A stretch of 64,000 bases of DNA from Candidatus Latescibacterota bacterium (GCA_965261395.1 OZ253462.1:3456001-3520000); one strand, 5' to 3'. Counted from the stretch's first letter, positions 1 to 10,279 are shown. Notes: generated by a model not told the origin, from the letters alone. Numbers and translations are program-made.

Positions 1-2
1 CA

Positions 3-395
3 TTTGCCATCTTTATCCTCACCGGGTTTTTCAAGTCTTTGCCCTCTGGGTTGCACGAGTCGGCGCTGATCGATGGGGCGGGGGAGTTTCGGGCGTTTTG
101 GTCGATTATGTTGCCGTTGGCGCGGCCGGGGCTTATTACGGTGGGCATCTTCGCCTTTTTGGGGACTTGGAACGAGTTTTTCATGGCCTTTATGTTCCTG
201 TCCGGGGAGGGGTCGCAGGAGTTGCGCACGCTGCCGTTAGGGCTGGCCAACATTACCATTGTCAGCCAGTATCGCAGCGATTGGGGCATGGCTTTTGCCG
301 GGTTGGTGCTGATTATGGCCCCGACGATGCTGGTGTATGCTTTCTTGCAGCAATATTTGACGAAGGGGATTACTGTTGGGGCGCTTAAGGGGTAG
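3..395 (+). CDS. Carbohydrate ABC transporter permease (MalG/UgpE-like), 5'-truncated by window edge
   Basis: Frame open from base 3; EAA motif 'LHESALIDGAGEFRAFWSIMLPLARPG', 'WNEF', and C-terminal 'QQYLTKGITVGALKG'. Confidence 0.92.
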   Translation, partial: FAIFILTGFFKSLPSGLHESALIDGAGEFRAFWSIMLPLARPGLITVGIFAFLGTWNEFFMAFMFLSGEGSQELRTLPLGLANITIVSQYRSDWGMAFAGLVLIMAPTMLVYAFLQQYLTKGITVGALKG

Positions 396-523
396 AAGGG
401 CAAGGGGGAGCAGGTGAGAGAGAAAGGCAGGGCGTGAGATAGATGATAAGAGATTTGAAAGTCCCAAGAGAAGGCTGGCTATTGACAAAGCCTTGGCCTC
501 CGCATAGGCCCGAGTGAGAAGCC

Positions 524-1486
524 ATGACGAGTTATACGGCTTACGAGAAAAGTGTATGCGGATCACTATGGACCTGGGCCTGTCAGCACCATCAGGGTGA
601 GCTCGATGGCGGCAAGCGGGAAGGGCGTCCACCGGTTATCGCGAGCAAATTCCGAGAGAAGAACGTCTTGGTTCCGCCGAACAACGAATCGAAGGCACGT
701 GACATTCGCGATGCTGTCCCCTATAAACAGCGGCATCAGTGGTTTGGTAGTCTGAAGAGTTCCCAAGCCCTGGCACAAAGTGTGTTTGGGGCGCTCCACG
801 CTTTTGACCGCCTTGATCTACTCCAAGATGTGTCCGCCGAGTGCGGGCGACCGGCTTTCTTCAAAGACAGCAGTGGCTGGACGCTCTGCTTAGAGCACGA
901 GATGGACAGCCTAGGAGAGCCGAGACCGACCAGCGTCGACGTCCTGCTGAGCGGACCGGAAAAGCGAGTCGCTATCGAATGCAAGTTCACCGAGCAAGAG
1001 TTTGGTACCTGCTCGCGTCCACGCCTGCGTCCCGGCGATGCCAACTATGCCGAACAGCATTGCAATGAGACGTACCAGGTCCAACGCCAACGCCGCGAGC
1101 GCTGCGCTCTGACGGAGATTGGCATTTGTTACTGGGAACATTTGCCCCACCTGTTCGACTGGCCGTCCGACCAAGATCACGATCCGTGCCCGTTTGGAAA
1201 AGTTTACCAACTTGCGCGGAACGCACTGGCCGCCGCACTCACTCCACACGGAGAGCTTGACCCGACCGGAGGACACGCACTTGTCGTTTACGATGCTCGC
1301 AATCCCAAGTTCCAGGATGGGGGCAAGGCCACAGAGCAATGGAACAAAGCGGTTGCCGCGTGCTGCATACCGGGACTTCTGCGCCGCCTCAGTTGGCAGC
1401 GACTGATGACCGCCGTCGCCCGTGCGCTGGAACTGGAGTATCTCGTCAAGGGCATTAGGGAGAAATACGGCATAGAGCCGGATTGA
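524..1486 (+). CDS. PD-(D/E)xK restriction-endonuclease-like protein (PGN_0703/REase-ARP-like)
   Basis: Motifs 'LKSSQA', 'TSVDVLL...IECKFTE' (D...ExK) and 'YQLARN'; Cys-rich segments; lies upstream of an RM gene. Confidence 0.65.
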   Translation: MTSYTAYEKSVCGSLWTWACQHHQGELDGGKREGRPPVIASKFREKNVLVPPNNESKARDIRDAVPYKQRHQWFGSLKSSQALAQSVFGALHAFDRLDLLQDVSAECGRPAFFKDSSGWTLCLEHEMDSLGEPRPTSVDVLLSGPEKRVAIECKFTEQEFGTCSRPRLRPGDANYAEQHCNETYQVQRQRRERCALTEIGICYWEHLPHLFDWPSDQDHDPCPFGKVYQLARNALAAALTPHGELDPTGGHALVVYDARNPKFQDGGKATEQWNKAVAACCIPGLLRRLSWQRLMTAVARALELEYLVKGIREKYGIEPD

Positions 1487-1542
1487 CCACCGGAGACCAG
1501 TTTGGTCGATAATCGAAGTTTTGCTCAGCGACAACAGAGACG

Positions 1543-4500
1543 ATGCCGAGAACAAATACTAAACTGACGACAGCGGTTGAGAATTACCTTGCCGATCTGC
1601 AACGAGTCCGCGCCTCCGGCGGCGCAACAGGCGAGCGATCGAGCTATGGACCGCTCGCTAACCTGCTGAACGCTATCGGCGCAACGCTCAAACCCAAGGT
1701 GTTTTGCGTTGGCGAGTTGGCCGATCAGGGAGCGGGGCATCCCGATTTTGGACTGTATGCAGCAAAGCAGGTGCAGAAGGGGCAACCGAAACAGGGACAA
1801 GTGCCCGAAGGCGGCGTGGTTGAGGTGAAGGCGGCTGACGATGACGCTTGGTTGACGGCGGCGGGCGATCAGGTCAGCCGCTATTGGGGCCGCTATCGGC
1901 TGGTGCTGGTGACCAATACGCGCGACTTCGTGCTGGTCGGCGAGGATGCGACGGGGCGACCGGCCAAGCTCGAAACGTTGCGGCTGGCGGCAAGCGCGGC
2001 GGAGTTCGCGCAACGGTTGGAGACGCCGCGTGCTTTTGCCGGGGAGGTCGGCGCGGGTCTAGGGGAATATCTGTGCCGAGCGTTGTCGCATCGGGCACGG
2101 CTGGTGGAGCCGAAGGACTTGGCTTGGCTGTTGGCGTCTCACGCCCGCGATGCGCTGGCACGGGTCGAGGCCGCGGGCGATGCGCCGTCGTTGGCGTCGG
2201 TGCGGGTGGCGCTGGAAGAGGCGCTGGGCGTCCGCTTTGAGGGCGAACGGGGTGCGCGGTTTTTCCGTTCGACGCTGGTGCAGACGCTGTTCTACGGGGT
2301 GTTTTCCGCTTGGGTGTTGTGGGCGCGGCAAACACCGCTGCCCACGAGAGCGTTCAATTGGCGCGAAGCGGTTTGGTATTTGCGGGCACCAGTGCTACGG
2401 GCACTGTTCCAACAAATCTCCGATCCCGGTCGACTGCAACCGCTCGGCCTTGTCGAGGTGCTAGACTGGACGTCTGCTGCGCTCGACCGGGTGGATTGCG
2501 ACGCCTTTTTTGCCCGCTTCAACGAGGGCGAGGCTGTAACCTATTTCTACGAGCCGTTCCTCGAAGCCTTCGATCCCGATCTACGCAAGCAGTTGGGCGT
2601 TTGGTACACACCAGCGGAAGTGGTGCGCTACATGGTCGCCCGCGTCGATAAGGCGCTGCGGGACGATCTCGGCATTGCCGACGGGCTGGCGGCGGAAAAT
2701 GTCTATGTGCTCGATCCGTGCTGCGGCACCGGGGCCTATCTGGCGGAAGTGCTGCGCCGCATTGCCGCCAATCTGGAAAGTCGGGGGTTGGGTGCGCTGA
2801 CTGGCGCGCGGGTCAAGCAGGCGGCGACCGAGCGCGTATTCGGCTTTGAGATTATGCCCGCGCCCTTCGTCGTTGCTCATTTGCAAGTTGGGTTGACCAT
2901 GCAGGCGCTCGACGCGGCGCTGGCCGATGACGGGCAGGAACGCGCCCAAGTGTTCCTCACCAATGCGTTGACCGGCTGGGAGCCGCACCCGACCAAGCCG
3001 CTGCCGTTTCCCGAACTGGAGGAGGAACGCGACCGTGCCGAGCGGGTGAAGCAGGAGACGCCGATTCTGGTGATCTTGGGCAATCCGCCCTATAACGGTT
3101 TTGCTGGCATGGCGGTGGACGAGGAGCGAGAGCTGTCGGAAGCCTACCGCATGACCAAGCGGGTGCGCCGACCTGAAGGCCAAGGGCTGAACGATCTCTA
3201 TGTGCGCTTTTTTCGCATGGCCGAACGACGCATTGCGAAGACCGGCCAAGGCGTGGTGTGCTTCATTTCCAACTATTCTTGGCTCGACGGGCTGTCGTTT
3301 ACGGGGATGCGGGAGCGCTATCTGGAGGAGTTCGACGCGATACGGATTGACTGCTTGAATGGCGACAAATACAAGACCGGCAAAGTTGCGCCGGACGGTT
3401 CGCCGGACCCGAGTATCTTTTCGTCGCCGGACGATCCGGTCGGCATTCAAGTTGGGACGGCGATTGCGACACTGGTGCGCAAACTCGATCATGCGCCAAC
3501 GGGAGAGGTCGGCTTTCGGCATCTGTGGGGACAGGGCAAGCGCGAGGAATTGATTGAGACGGAGGAAGCGGAACTGGGGAAGCTCTATGAAAGCGTTGAG
3601 CCGATCCTGCCACTCGGTTTGCCGTTTGCACAAACGGCGGTGGGGAAGGATTGGTTCAACTGGCCGGCGCTGCCCGATCTGATTCCTCGGTTTTTTGCCG
3701 GAGTCGTCGCGGGACGAGACGGCTTCCTCATAGATACCGACATTGACCGACTGCGCCGGCGACTCGCCGACTACTTCGATGCGGATTTGAACCATGAAGA
3801 AATCGCACGGCGGTATCCGCGCGTCATGGAGACTACGGGTCGATTCAATGCTCGTTCGGCACGGGATGCGCTGCTCAAACGAGGAGGTCCTGTCGAAGCT
3901 GGATTCGTGCGCCACGCCTACCGCCCATTCGATAACCGATGGATGTACTGGGAGGCAGAAACGAAGCTTGTAGACGAGAAGCGGGCCGACTATCGGCCAC
4001 ATGTATTCAAGGGCAATCTGTGGCTGGTTGCTCAGAAAAAGTCATCGCAAGAATGGTGGCCGGCTCCAGTCATTTCTCACATGAGCAATAAGAAACTGCT
4101 GGATTTTGCTGCATCTTGTTTCCCAATGTGGCTTCGGGATGACGGCCTCGGAACTGACATCAACGAAATACAACGCCGTCCCAATTTGTCCAGTGCCGCG
4201 CAACGCTATCTCCACCGTCTCGGCGCGGATGTAGAAGACCTCTTCTACCACATCCTCGCCACCCTTCACGATCCCGCCTACCGCGAGGCCAACGCCGGGG
4301 CGCTCCGCATGGAATGGCCGCGCATCCCGCTGCCGGGCTGGCCCGATGGCGAAGCTGACGGCGCAGCAGAAACGCTCGCTACATCAGCGGCGCGGGGCCG
4401 AGAACTGGCCCGCCTGCTCGATCCCGAAGCACCAGTGCCGGGCGTTACCCAAGGCACGTTGCGCCCAGAAATCGCCGCCCTCGCCGTGCCCGCCACCACC

Positions 4501-4911
4501 GACGGCCGCAACATGACCGGCGACGATTTCGCGCTCACCGCCGGATGGGGCCACTACGGAACAGGCGACGCCGTAATGCCGGGCCAAGGCCGCATCGTCG
4601 AGCGCGAATACACCCCGAATGAACGCGCCACGCTAGGGGATGCCATACCCGCGCTCGGCGAAAAGACGCTGGACGTGTATCTGAACGACCGCGCCTTCTG
4701 GCGCAACGTCCCCGCCGCAATTTGGGACTACAAACTCGGCGGCTACCAAGTCCTCAAGAAATGGCTATCCTACCGCGAGCACGATGTTTTGGGGCGGGCG
4801 CTGACGCCGGAGGAAGTGCTGTACTTTGCGGAGATGACGAGGAGGGTTGGGGGGATATTGATGCTACCTATGTGGGATTTACCAAATTTTAATTATAAAG
4901 GTTCACTATGA
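1543..4911 (+). CDS. Fused restriction endonuclease/N6-adenine DNA methyltransferase (type IIG or helicase-less type ISP-like) with C-terminal specificity domain
   Basis: N-terminal 'GHPDFG...VEVK' nuclease motif; 'GVWYTP', 'LDPCCGTG', 'GNPPY'; C-terminal 'GGYQVLKKWLSYRE' typical of LlaBIII-type specificity domains. Confidence 0.88.
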   Translation: MPRTNTKLTTAVENYLADLQRVRASGGATGERSSYGPLANLLNAIGATLKPKVFCVGELADQGAGHPDFGLYAAKQVQKGQPKQGQVPEGGVVEVKAADDDAWLTAAGDQVSRYWGRYRLVLVTNTRDFVLVGEDATGRPAKLETLRLAASAAEFAQRLETPRAFAGEVGAGLGEYLCRALSHRARLVEPKDLAWLLASHARDALARVEAAGDAPSLASVRVALEEALGVRFEGERGARFFRSTLVQTLFYGVFSAWVLWARQTPLPTRAFNWREAVWYLRAPVLRALFQQISDPGRLQPLGLVEVLDWTSAALDRVDCDAFFARFNEGEAVTYFYEPFLEAFDPDLRKQLGVWYTPAEVVRYMVARVDKALRDDLGIADGLAAENVYVLDPCCGTGAYLAEVLRRIAANLESRGLGALTGARVKQAATERVFGFEIMPAPFVVAHLQVGLTMQALDAALADDGQERAQVFLTNALTGWEPHPTKPLPFPELEEERDRAERVKQETPILVILGNPPYNGFAGMAVDEERELSEAYRMTKRVRRPEGQGLNDLYVRFFRMAERRIAKTGQGVVCFISNYSWLDGLSFTGMRERYLEEFDAIRIDCLNGDKYKTGKVAPDGSPDPSIFSSPDDPVGIQVGTAIATLVRKLDHAPTGEVGFRHLWGQGKREELIETEEAELGKLYESVEPILPLGLPFAQTAVGKDWFNWPALPDLIPRFFAGVVAGRDGFLIDTDIDRLRRRLADYFDADLNHEEIARRYPRVMETTGRFNARSARDALLKRGGPVEAGFVRHAYRPFDNRWMYWEAETKLVDEKRADYRPHVFKGNLWLVAQKKSSQEWWPAPVISHMSNKKLLDFAASCFPMWLRDDGLGTDINEIQRRPNLSSAAQRYLHRLGADVEDLFYHILATLHDPAYREANAGALRMEWPRIPLPGWPDGEADGAAETLATSAARGRELARLLDPEAPVPGVTQGTLRPEIAALAVPATTDGRNMTGDDFALTAGWGHYGTGDAVMPGQGRIVEREYTPNERATLGDAIPALGEKTLDVYLNDRAFWRNVPAAIWDYKLGGYQVLKKWLSYREHDVLGRALTPEEVLYFAEMTRRVGGILMLPMWDLPNFNYKGSL

Positions 4912-7900
4912 TGGAAAATCCACAGAAATACACGAAGGCATGGGTTCCCCCTGAATCGTACGTTTCTCTCCCTGTCGAAACGCGACCCCAAATCCTCCCG
5001 CTGAGCGAATTGCCTTGGGACTCTTTCCAGAGACTGTGTGTTCGTCTCGCACAGCGTTGCGGCAACGTGGAAAGATGTCAGGAATACGGGCTTAAAGGGC
5101 AAAAACAAGAAGGTATAGACATATATGTCCGTAGGTCGGAGTCGTCCAGATATTCAGTTTGGCAGTGTAAACGGTACCAAACATTTAGCCCTTCACTAAT
5201 AAAGGGAGCAGTCTCTGGTTTTTTGAACGGCTCTTGGGTATCGAAAACCGATGAATTTGTGCTTACACTCACGGTAAGCACCGAAAAACCCAATCTCGTA
5301 AAAGCGATCGAAGCACAAGGTGATCGCCTCCGCGAACGGAATATCCGATTCCTACCACTTGGAATCACGCAAATCTCCGAACGACTGAAAGACCATCCAG
5401 ATTTAGTAGATGACTTCTTCGGACGTGAATGGGTGCGGATTTTCTGTGGTGAAGAAGCCGCTGGCAAACTATCGAGCCGTCGCCTAGAACCTGAGCAGGT
5501 TATACGGCTACGCCAGCTACTACGGCGTTGTTATACACAGCATTTCGAGACCACCGATCCTGGTCTCCCCTCTCTTACAGGTCCTATCAATCCCGATTAT
5601 CAATTTCTCTCTTTAATTGATCGCTTCGTCCCTCCCGAAATTCTAGAGAAACAGCAGGTTCCCCATACCGAGATGTTTAACCGTTCATCAGGAGAGCCAG
5701 ATAAAAAACCTCCTCTCACTAATGGAGCCGAAGACTCATCTCCATCCTATATGACACGAGTCACGACCCGAACCTTGGAAGTACGCCGCCCTGCGATTGA
5801 TTGGCTTTCGGACTCTGATCGGTCAGTTATACTAGGAGATCCTGGCACCGGCAAGAGTACCCTGCTTCGTTGTGTATTACTCGATCTTCTGAGTACCGAG
5901 CCTCGTTATGAGACATGTGCTCTTCGTTGGGGACAATACCTACCTGTATGGATTCCCTTTGCCATGTGGACGCGACTAGTCGTCGAATCCGAAACGAAGT
6001 CTTCGCTTTCAGATGTCCTCACGGCTTGGCTCAGTAAAGTCTCTGCAGAAGAAGATTTGATTACACTTGTCCAGCAGGCATTGGAGGATTCACGCTTGCT
6101 ACTTTTCGTGGATGGACTTGATGAATGGAGTGATGAAACAGCCGCTCGGACGGCACTTGCTCTGCTTGAACAATTCGTAGGGGAGCGGAATGTGCCAGCA
6201 ATTGCCAGCAGTCGTCCGCTAGGTTATGCGCGCATCAGTGAGCCAAGTAATAGATGGCGTGAAGCTCGACTTGCTGGCTTGACCAATGAGCAACAATATA
6301 TCTTGGCTGAACGATGGTTTCTGCATCGGTCAAACGCTTTTGCTGTCCCTGACGAAGATAGTGAGTCAAGCACTATAAGACAAACAAGAGCAAAAGCCGA
6401 AGCCTCTGAACACATACAAGATCTTCACCGTGATGTCCGTTTATCTCGCCTAGCAGAAGTCCCCCTACTGCTTAATGGCCTTATTGCTCTCGCTATTCAA
6501 AAAATACATCTCCCTCGCAGCAGATTCAAAGCATACGAAGAATTGACACGTCTGCTGTTGGATGAACAGCCCAAGCGCCGTAAGAAGGCAGCTTACGCAC
6601 GCAGGACTACTGAGAGTTTGAGTCCAGAAAATCGCGAGCGGGCATTAGCTCGGCTGGCCTGGAAAATTCATGATTCGTCGGGAAGCGATGCTCTCGACAG
6701 AGCTATTGCCCAGAACGTGCTCCAGGATTTCTGTGAAAATCACTTGTACAAGACTCCTGAAAAAGCACTGGATATTGCGGAGGAACTCCTCGCTATTGGT
6801 GGTGCCGAAGCAGTTGGAATTGTTGTCGAAAAGTCCCCAGTAGATATTGGATTTCTCCACCGCTCATTCCAAGAATTTCTCGCTGCAAAATACCTATCAA
6901 ATCTGCCGTTTGAGCAGCAAAAGGAGGCAGTGAAGGAGCGCTTTGGAAACCCTCAATGGCACGATGTTTTTTTATGCTTGTGTCATCTGAATACCCGAGA
7001 GGGGGAGGTGGATGAATTCGTTGATATTGTCAAGAAAATAGAATTACCGCCTGAAATGGAGTTGGCCCGACAGAGTTTTCTGGCAGAAATCGCCTTCGGT
7101 GATCTCCATTGTTCGGTGCCTATCGCCAGAAGATTGGCAGAAGAGACGTTTGAGATTATCGAGACCGGTGTTCACGGACAAACTCGTGAACGACTTGTTG
7201 AACTCGCACTTGATGGACTTGAATCCGATGCCTTACGCTCACTTGTAGAGTCTCGTATTCAACGCTGGTATCCCTTGCGACATCCCTATCGCCGAGGGTT
7301 CTATGAGGCTGTCGCGACATGGTCCCCAAATGATGAAACACAATCATTACTCTGGCGTGGATTGCTTGATGAGGAGGACTGGCATCAGCGAACCGCAGCA
7401 GAATCCCTTGCTAAAGTTTTTGGTGGAGATCCGTCTGCCGCAGAGCGGCTGTTTGAGTTGCTGTTCAAGCCTGCGGAACCGCGCCTGCTTGCTTATGCCC
7501 TTCATGCACTTTGTCTTGGATGGGAGACTGATTCTCAGCTTACTGCGATCTTAAAAGAAGCCCGATTATCCACTAATGGTGCGTTACAGAGTGTCGCGTT
7601 AATTCATCGAGTAAAACGCAAAGAACATGATGCAGAGGATCGTGAAATATTGATGGGTCTCTCTCGAAAACGAAGATTCGTTCCGTGGTGTTGGAGCGAA
7701 GAGCGGATTCGGGCACTTATCGCGGGTTGGCCAGGTGATCTTGAAGTGAAACGTGAAGCGATTCAGAGTATTACTACCGAGCGCTATCCTGGTGAAGAAG
7801 TTTTCGATAGGGACGACGCCGGAATTATACTGCTCGAGGGATTTCCACAAGACGACGAAGCTGCAGAGGTCGTCGCACACCTGTTCCAAACAGAAGAGTA

Positions 7901-9788
7901 TCCTGATCATTCACTTGGACTACACGCTAACTGGGAACGTCTTGTGAAGGCGTTTGCTGGTCATCAAAATTTAGGTTTAGCTGTCGATGCCTGGATAGAG
8001 CGGAACTCTGATCGATTATCTTGGTTGGAATTTGAACTCTGTCTAATCTCTCGCTCAACACGTGCAAAAGGATATTTGCTTAAAGTCGAGGACGAAACTG
8101 GTGTTATCGAGCCTTACAAAGCTCAGTTGTTATTAAGAGAATGGGGTATGAAGGACGAGGAAGTTGCTGCTGCTTTAGTGAGATTAGCTAATAGTGACGT
8201 TGCAAAACACGCCGCATATCTTCTACCCGATATTCTATCTGATAAAGAACAGTGTCGGCGGCGCTTATTAGAGATGTTGCGCGATGAACAAGAATACATA
8301 GCCCGATACGCTTTAATCGGAATGGTTAAACTTGGAGCGAATGAGGCTGACGAGGAGGTTATAGAAGCAGCGACAAGTAGGTATGTTGGTAAGGCACCAT
8401 CCGGTGCAGTATTTTGGGGAATAAGTGATTTGATCGAGCACTTTCCTAATCATCCGAAAGTGCGCGAGATGGCGTTATATCAGCTACACAATCGTGGAGG
8501 AGACTTGAACACCGTTGCCAAAGCCTACAGTTCAGATGATGAGCTTCGTTGTGAGCTTCTTAACTTAGGCAGTCCACTTCCTGCGCATCTTCGTTTGATC
8601 ATAGTAGATCGGCTCGTGCGCTTAGGTCCTGAAGATGACTTCGCATATAGTCTGCTTTCCGACTACGATGAAGATATAGATATGAATGTGAAAACTGCGG
8701 GGGCAATCGGCTACGCAACATCTGTGAAACGGCGAGAAAATGTCCCCTCGGAACTTCTTGATAAACTGAACGAAGGCTTACTCGTTATCGGACCAGACTA
8801 CCAAGAACGTCGCCAAGCGGCATTTTCCGCCCTACTCGAACTCGACCGACTCGACATCGTAAAAAATGTCTGGTCGGGAGATGAAATGGAGCACATAGGC
8901 TATGGCGGAGGACTGGAAACTAATCTCCGGTTAGCTGCACATTTGGCCCGCCGCTGGGATCGAGTATCGGAGGCGTTCGGAGAGAGTTTTTGGGAACGAG
9001 TAGATCACTTGCGGGACGAGTTCCTAACAGAAATGGCCGCACACACAACAGATCCTGATTTGTTGGACATAATTATTGATAGACCTAAGAGAGATGCCCA
9101 AAAACCCCCAACTATGTCATCTCTTCAATTTTGCGCCCGTCACTGGCGAGGAGCGCCTCATCTACGTGAATTATGTCTCACCCTTGTTAGTAATCCAAAA
9201 GATACGGCTCAAGGTATTGTTGCAGCAGAAATACTCGCCGAACAGTTCAATAACGATACCAAAACGTTTGACATACTCGAATCCCTTGTAGTCCAAGGGA
9301 GTATAACCAATGCCTTGGTTATCGCCCTCAGTGCGGGCTGGTCGGATTCCCAATCTTGGAAACAAATGATTGAGCAGATTGAAATACCGAGACTCCTGCT
9401 TCCGGCTAGATTTTACTCACTAGCAGCAAGTGCTCCCCCGGATAAATTTGTGACCGAGGTCGGTACAAAAATGGCGGAGCTCCGCGGTGATATCTGGGAG
9501 TTCCTACCTTTATGCTCACGCGCCGTGGCTACACGCTTCGCACGTGACGAACAGGTCCGTGAGCTTGCTTTCAGCCGTCTCCAAACGCAGCCTACAAGCT
9601 TTGAGAAAATGAATTTCCCTTCTTTTTTACTGGGAACCTATGATCAGACGGAACGACTGAGGGATTGGATACAATCTGAGATAAAGAACCAATCCAAAGG
9701 CGAGCATCTTGCAGAAGTTGCTTTGGATCTTTCTACTGGAACAGCCCGATCTGTCGGCCATGTTCTTATGGAACACTTGATGGCCTAA
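4908..9788 (+). CDS. Nuclease-NACHT (STAND NTPase)-helical repeat protein; putative Avs/bacterial NLR-like anti-phage protein
   Basis: N-terminal Mrr-like 'FQRLC...GIDIY...QCKRY'; Walker A 'GDPGTGKST'; Walker B 'LLFVDGLDE'; 'VPLLL' and 'FLHRSFQEFLAA' NACHT motifs; ~900 aa helical C-terminus; ATGA overlap with the upstream gene. Confidence 0.85.
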   Translation: MMENPQKYTKAWVPPESYVSLPVETRPQILPLSELPWDSFQRLCVRLAQRCGNVERCQEYGLKGQKQEGIDIYVRRSESSRYSVWQCKRYQTFSPSLIKGAVSGFLNGSWVSKTDEFVLTLTVSTEKPNLVKAIEAQGDRLRERNIRFLPLGITQISERLKDHPDLVDDFFGREWVRIFCGEEAAGKLSSRRLEPEQVIRLRQLLRRCYTQHFETTDPGLPSLTGPINPDYQFLSLIDRFVPPEILEKQQVPHTEMFNRSSGEPDKKPPLTNGAEDSSPSYMTRVTTRTLEVRRPAIDWLSDSDRSVILGDPGTGKSTLLRCVLLDLLSTEPRYETCALRWGQYLPVWIPFAMWTRLVVESETKSSLSDVLTAWLSKVSAEEDLITLVQQALEDSRLLLFVDGLDEWSDETAARTALALLEQFVGERNVPAIASSRPLGYARISEPSNRWREARLAGLTNEQQYILAERWFLHRSNAFAVPDEDSESSTIRQTRAKAEASEHIQDLHRDVRLSRLAEVPLLLNGLIALAIQKIHLPRSRFKAYEELTRLLLDEQPKRRKKAAYARRTTESLSPENRERALARLAWKIHDSSGSDALDRAIAQNVLQDFCENHLYKTPEKALDIAEELLAIGGAEAVGIVVEKSPVDIGFLHRSFQEFLAAKYLSNLPFEQQKEAVKERFGNPQWHDVFLCLCHLNTREGEVDEFVDIVKKIELPPEMELARQSFLAEIAFGDLHCSVPIARRLAEETFEIIETGVHGQTRERLVELALDGLESDALRSLVESRIQRWYPLRHPYRRGFYEAVATWSPNDETQSLLWRGLLDEEDWHQRTAAESLAKVFGGDPSAAERLFELLFKPAEPRLLAYALHALCLGWETDSQLTAILKEARLSTNGALQSVALIHRVKRKEHDAEDREILMGLSRKRRFVPWCWSEERIRALIAGWPGDLEVKREAIQSITTERYPGEEVFDRDDAGIILLEGFPQDDEAAEVVAHLFQTEEYPDHSLGLHANWERLVKAFAGHQNLGLAVDAWIERNSDRLSWLEFELCLISRSTRAKGYLLKVEDETGVIEPYKAQLLLREWGMKDEEVAAALVRLANSDVAKHAAYLLPDILSDKEQCRRRLLEMLRDEQEYIARYALIGMVKLGANEADEEVIEAATSRYVGKAPSGAVFWGISDLIEHFPNHPKVREMALYQLHNRGGDLNTVAKAYSSDDELRCELLNLGSPLPAHLRLIIVDRLVRLGPEDDFAYSLLSDYDEDIDMNVKTAGAIGYATSVKRRENVPSELLDKLNEGLLVIGPDYQERRQAAFSALLELDRLDIVKNVWSGDEMEHIGYGGGLETNLRLAAHLARRWDRVSEAFGESFWERVDHLRDEFLTEMAAHTTDPDLLDIIIDRPKRDAQKPPTMSSLQFCARHWRGAPHLRELCLTLVSNPKDTAQGIVAAEILAEQFNNDTKTFDILESLVVQGSITNALVIALSAGWSDSQSWKQMIEQIEIPRLLLPARFYSLAASAPPDKFVTEVGTKMAELRGDIWEFLPLCSRAVATRFARDEQVRELAFSRLQTQPTSFEKMNFPSFLLGTYDQTERLRDWIQSEIKNQSKGEHLAEVALDLSTGTARSVGHVLMEHLMA

Positions 9789-9796
9789 CCGACGCT

Positions 9797-10006
9797 CTAC
9801 TCAAGATTTGCTGGAGCGATAGCCTTTAGAGATTCATATTCGCGCCACTCCTCTTTCAGGTCGGCGATTTGGCTGCTCAGGGCCTCGCGCTGCGCCTTGA
9901 CAATAAGCGGGTGTACTCCGTCGACTTCGCCGAGGCTCCGCAAGGTCTGCGAAAACTGGTTCGCCTGCGCTTTAGTGAGTCGATATTGCCTTTTGTTTTT
10001 GATCAT
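9797..10006 (-). pseudogene. Truncated antitoxin-like protein (N-terminal coiled part of an HTH/XRE-type partner; HTH missing)
   Basis: 'MIKNKRQYRLTKAQANQF...HPLIVKAQREALSSQIADLKEEWREYESLK' stops before any HTH; preceded in frame by a 'PKGIIAIDL' fragment. Confidence 0.5.
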
Positions 10007-10066
10007 TAGAAGTTCCAAGTCTATGGCAATAATCCCTTTAGGGTTGCTCCTGAATCCACTTCCTAG

Positions 10067-10279
10067 TCACACAGATATTCTTTGAACGCCGACCAGTTCA
10101 AGCGGACTTGGAGCGTTTTCGCTATTGGCCTCAAGCCAGAGTTCAATAGCCTCCTCCATCCGTTCAAGCAACTGGTCGATTGACTTTCCTTGGGTATGAC
10201 AGCCCGGAAGGCCGGGGATACTGCCAACGTAATAACCGTCTTCATCTTTCTCAATGACGATGGTGTATTCAGTACTCAT
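10067..10279 (-). CDS. hicB: HicB-family (UPF0150) antitoxin, orphan
   Basis: 'YTIVIEKDEDGYYVGSIPGLPGCHTQGKSIDQLLERMEEAIELWLE'; AGGAG RBS upstream; no adjacent hicA. Confidence 0.85.
   Translation of the reverse strand: MSTEYTIVIEKDEDGYYVGSIPGLPGCHTQGKSIDQLLERMEEAIELWLEANSENAPSPLELVGVQRISV

Noticed and set aside
446-461. 'ATAAGAGATTTGAAAG' resembles a CRISPR repeat end
   Set aside because: Single occurrence, no repeat-spacer periodicity and no cas genes.
482-510. TTGACA upstream of the gene at 524
   Set aside because: No convincing -10 box at 16-18 nt spacing.
2581-4002. 473-aa antisense ORF
   Set aside because: Shadow of the high-GC RM gene with no recognisable motifs.
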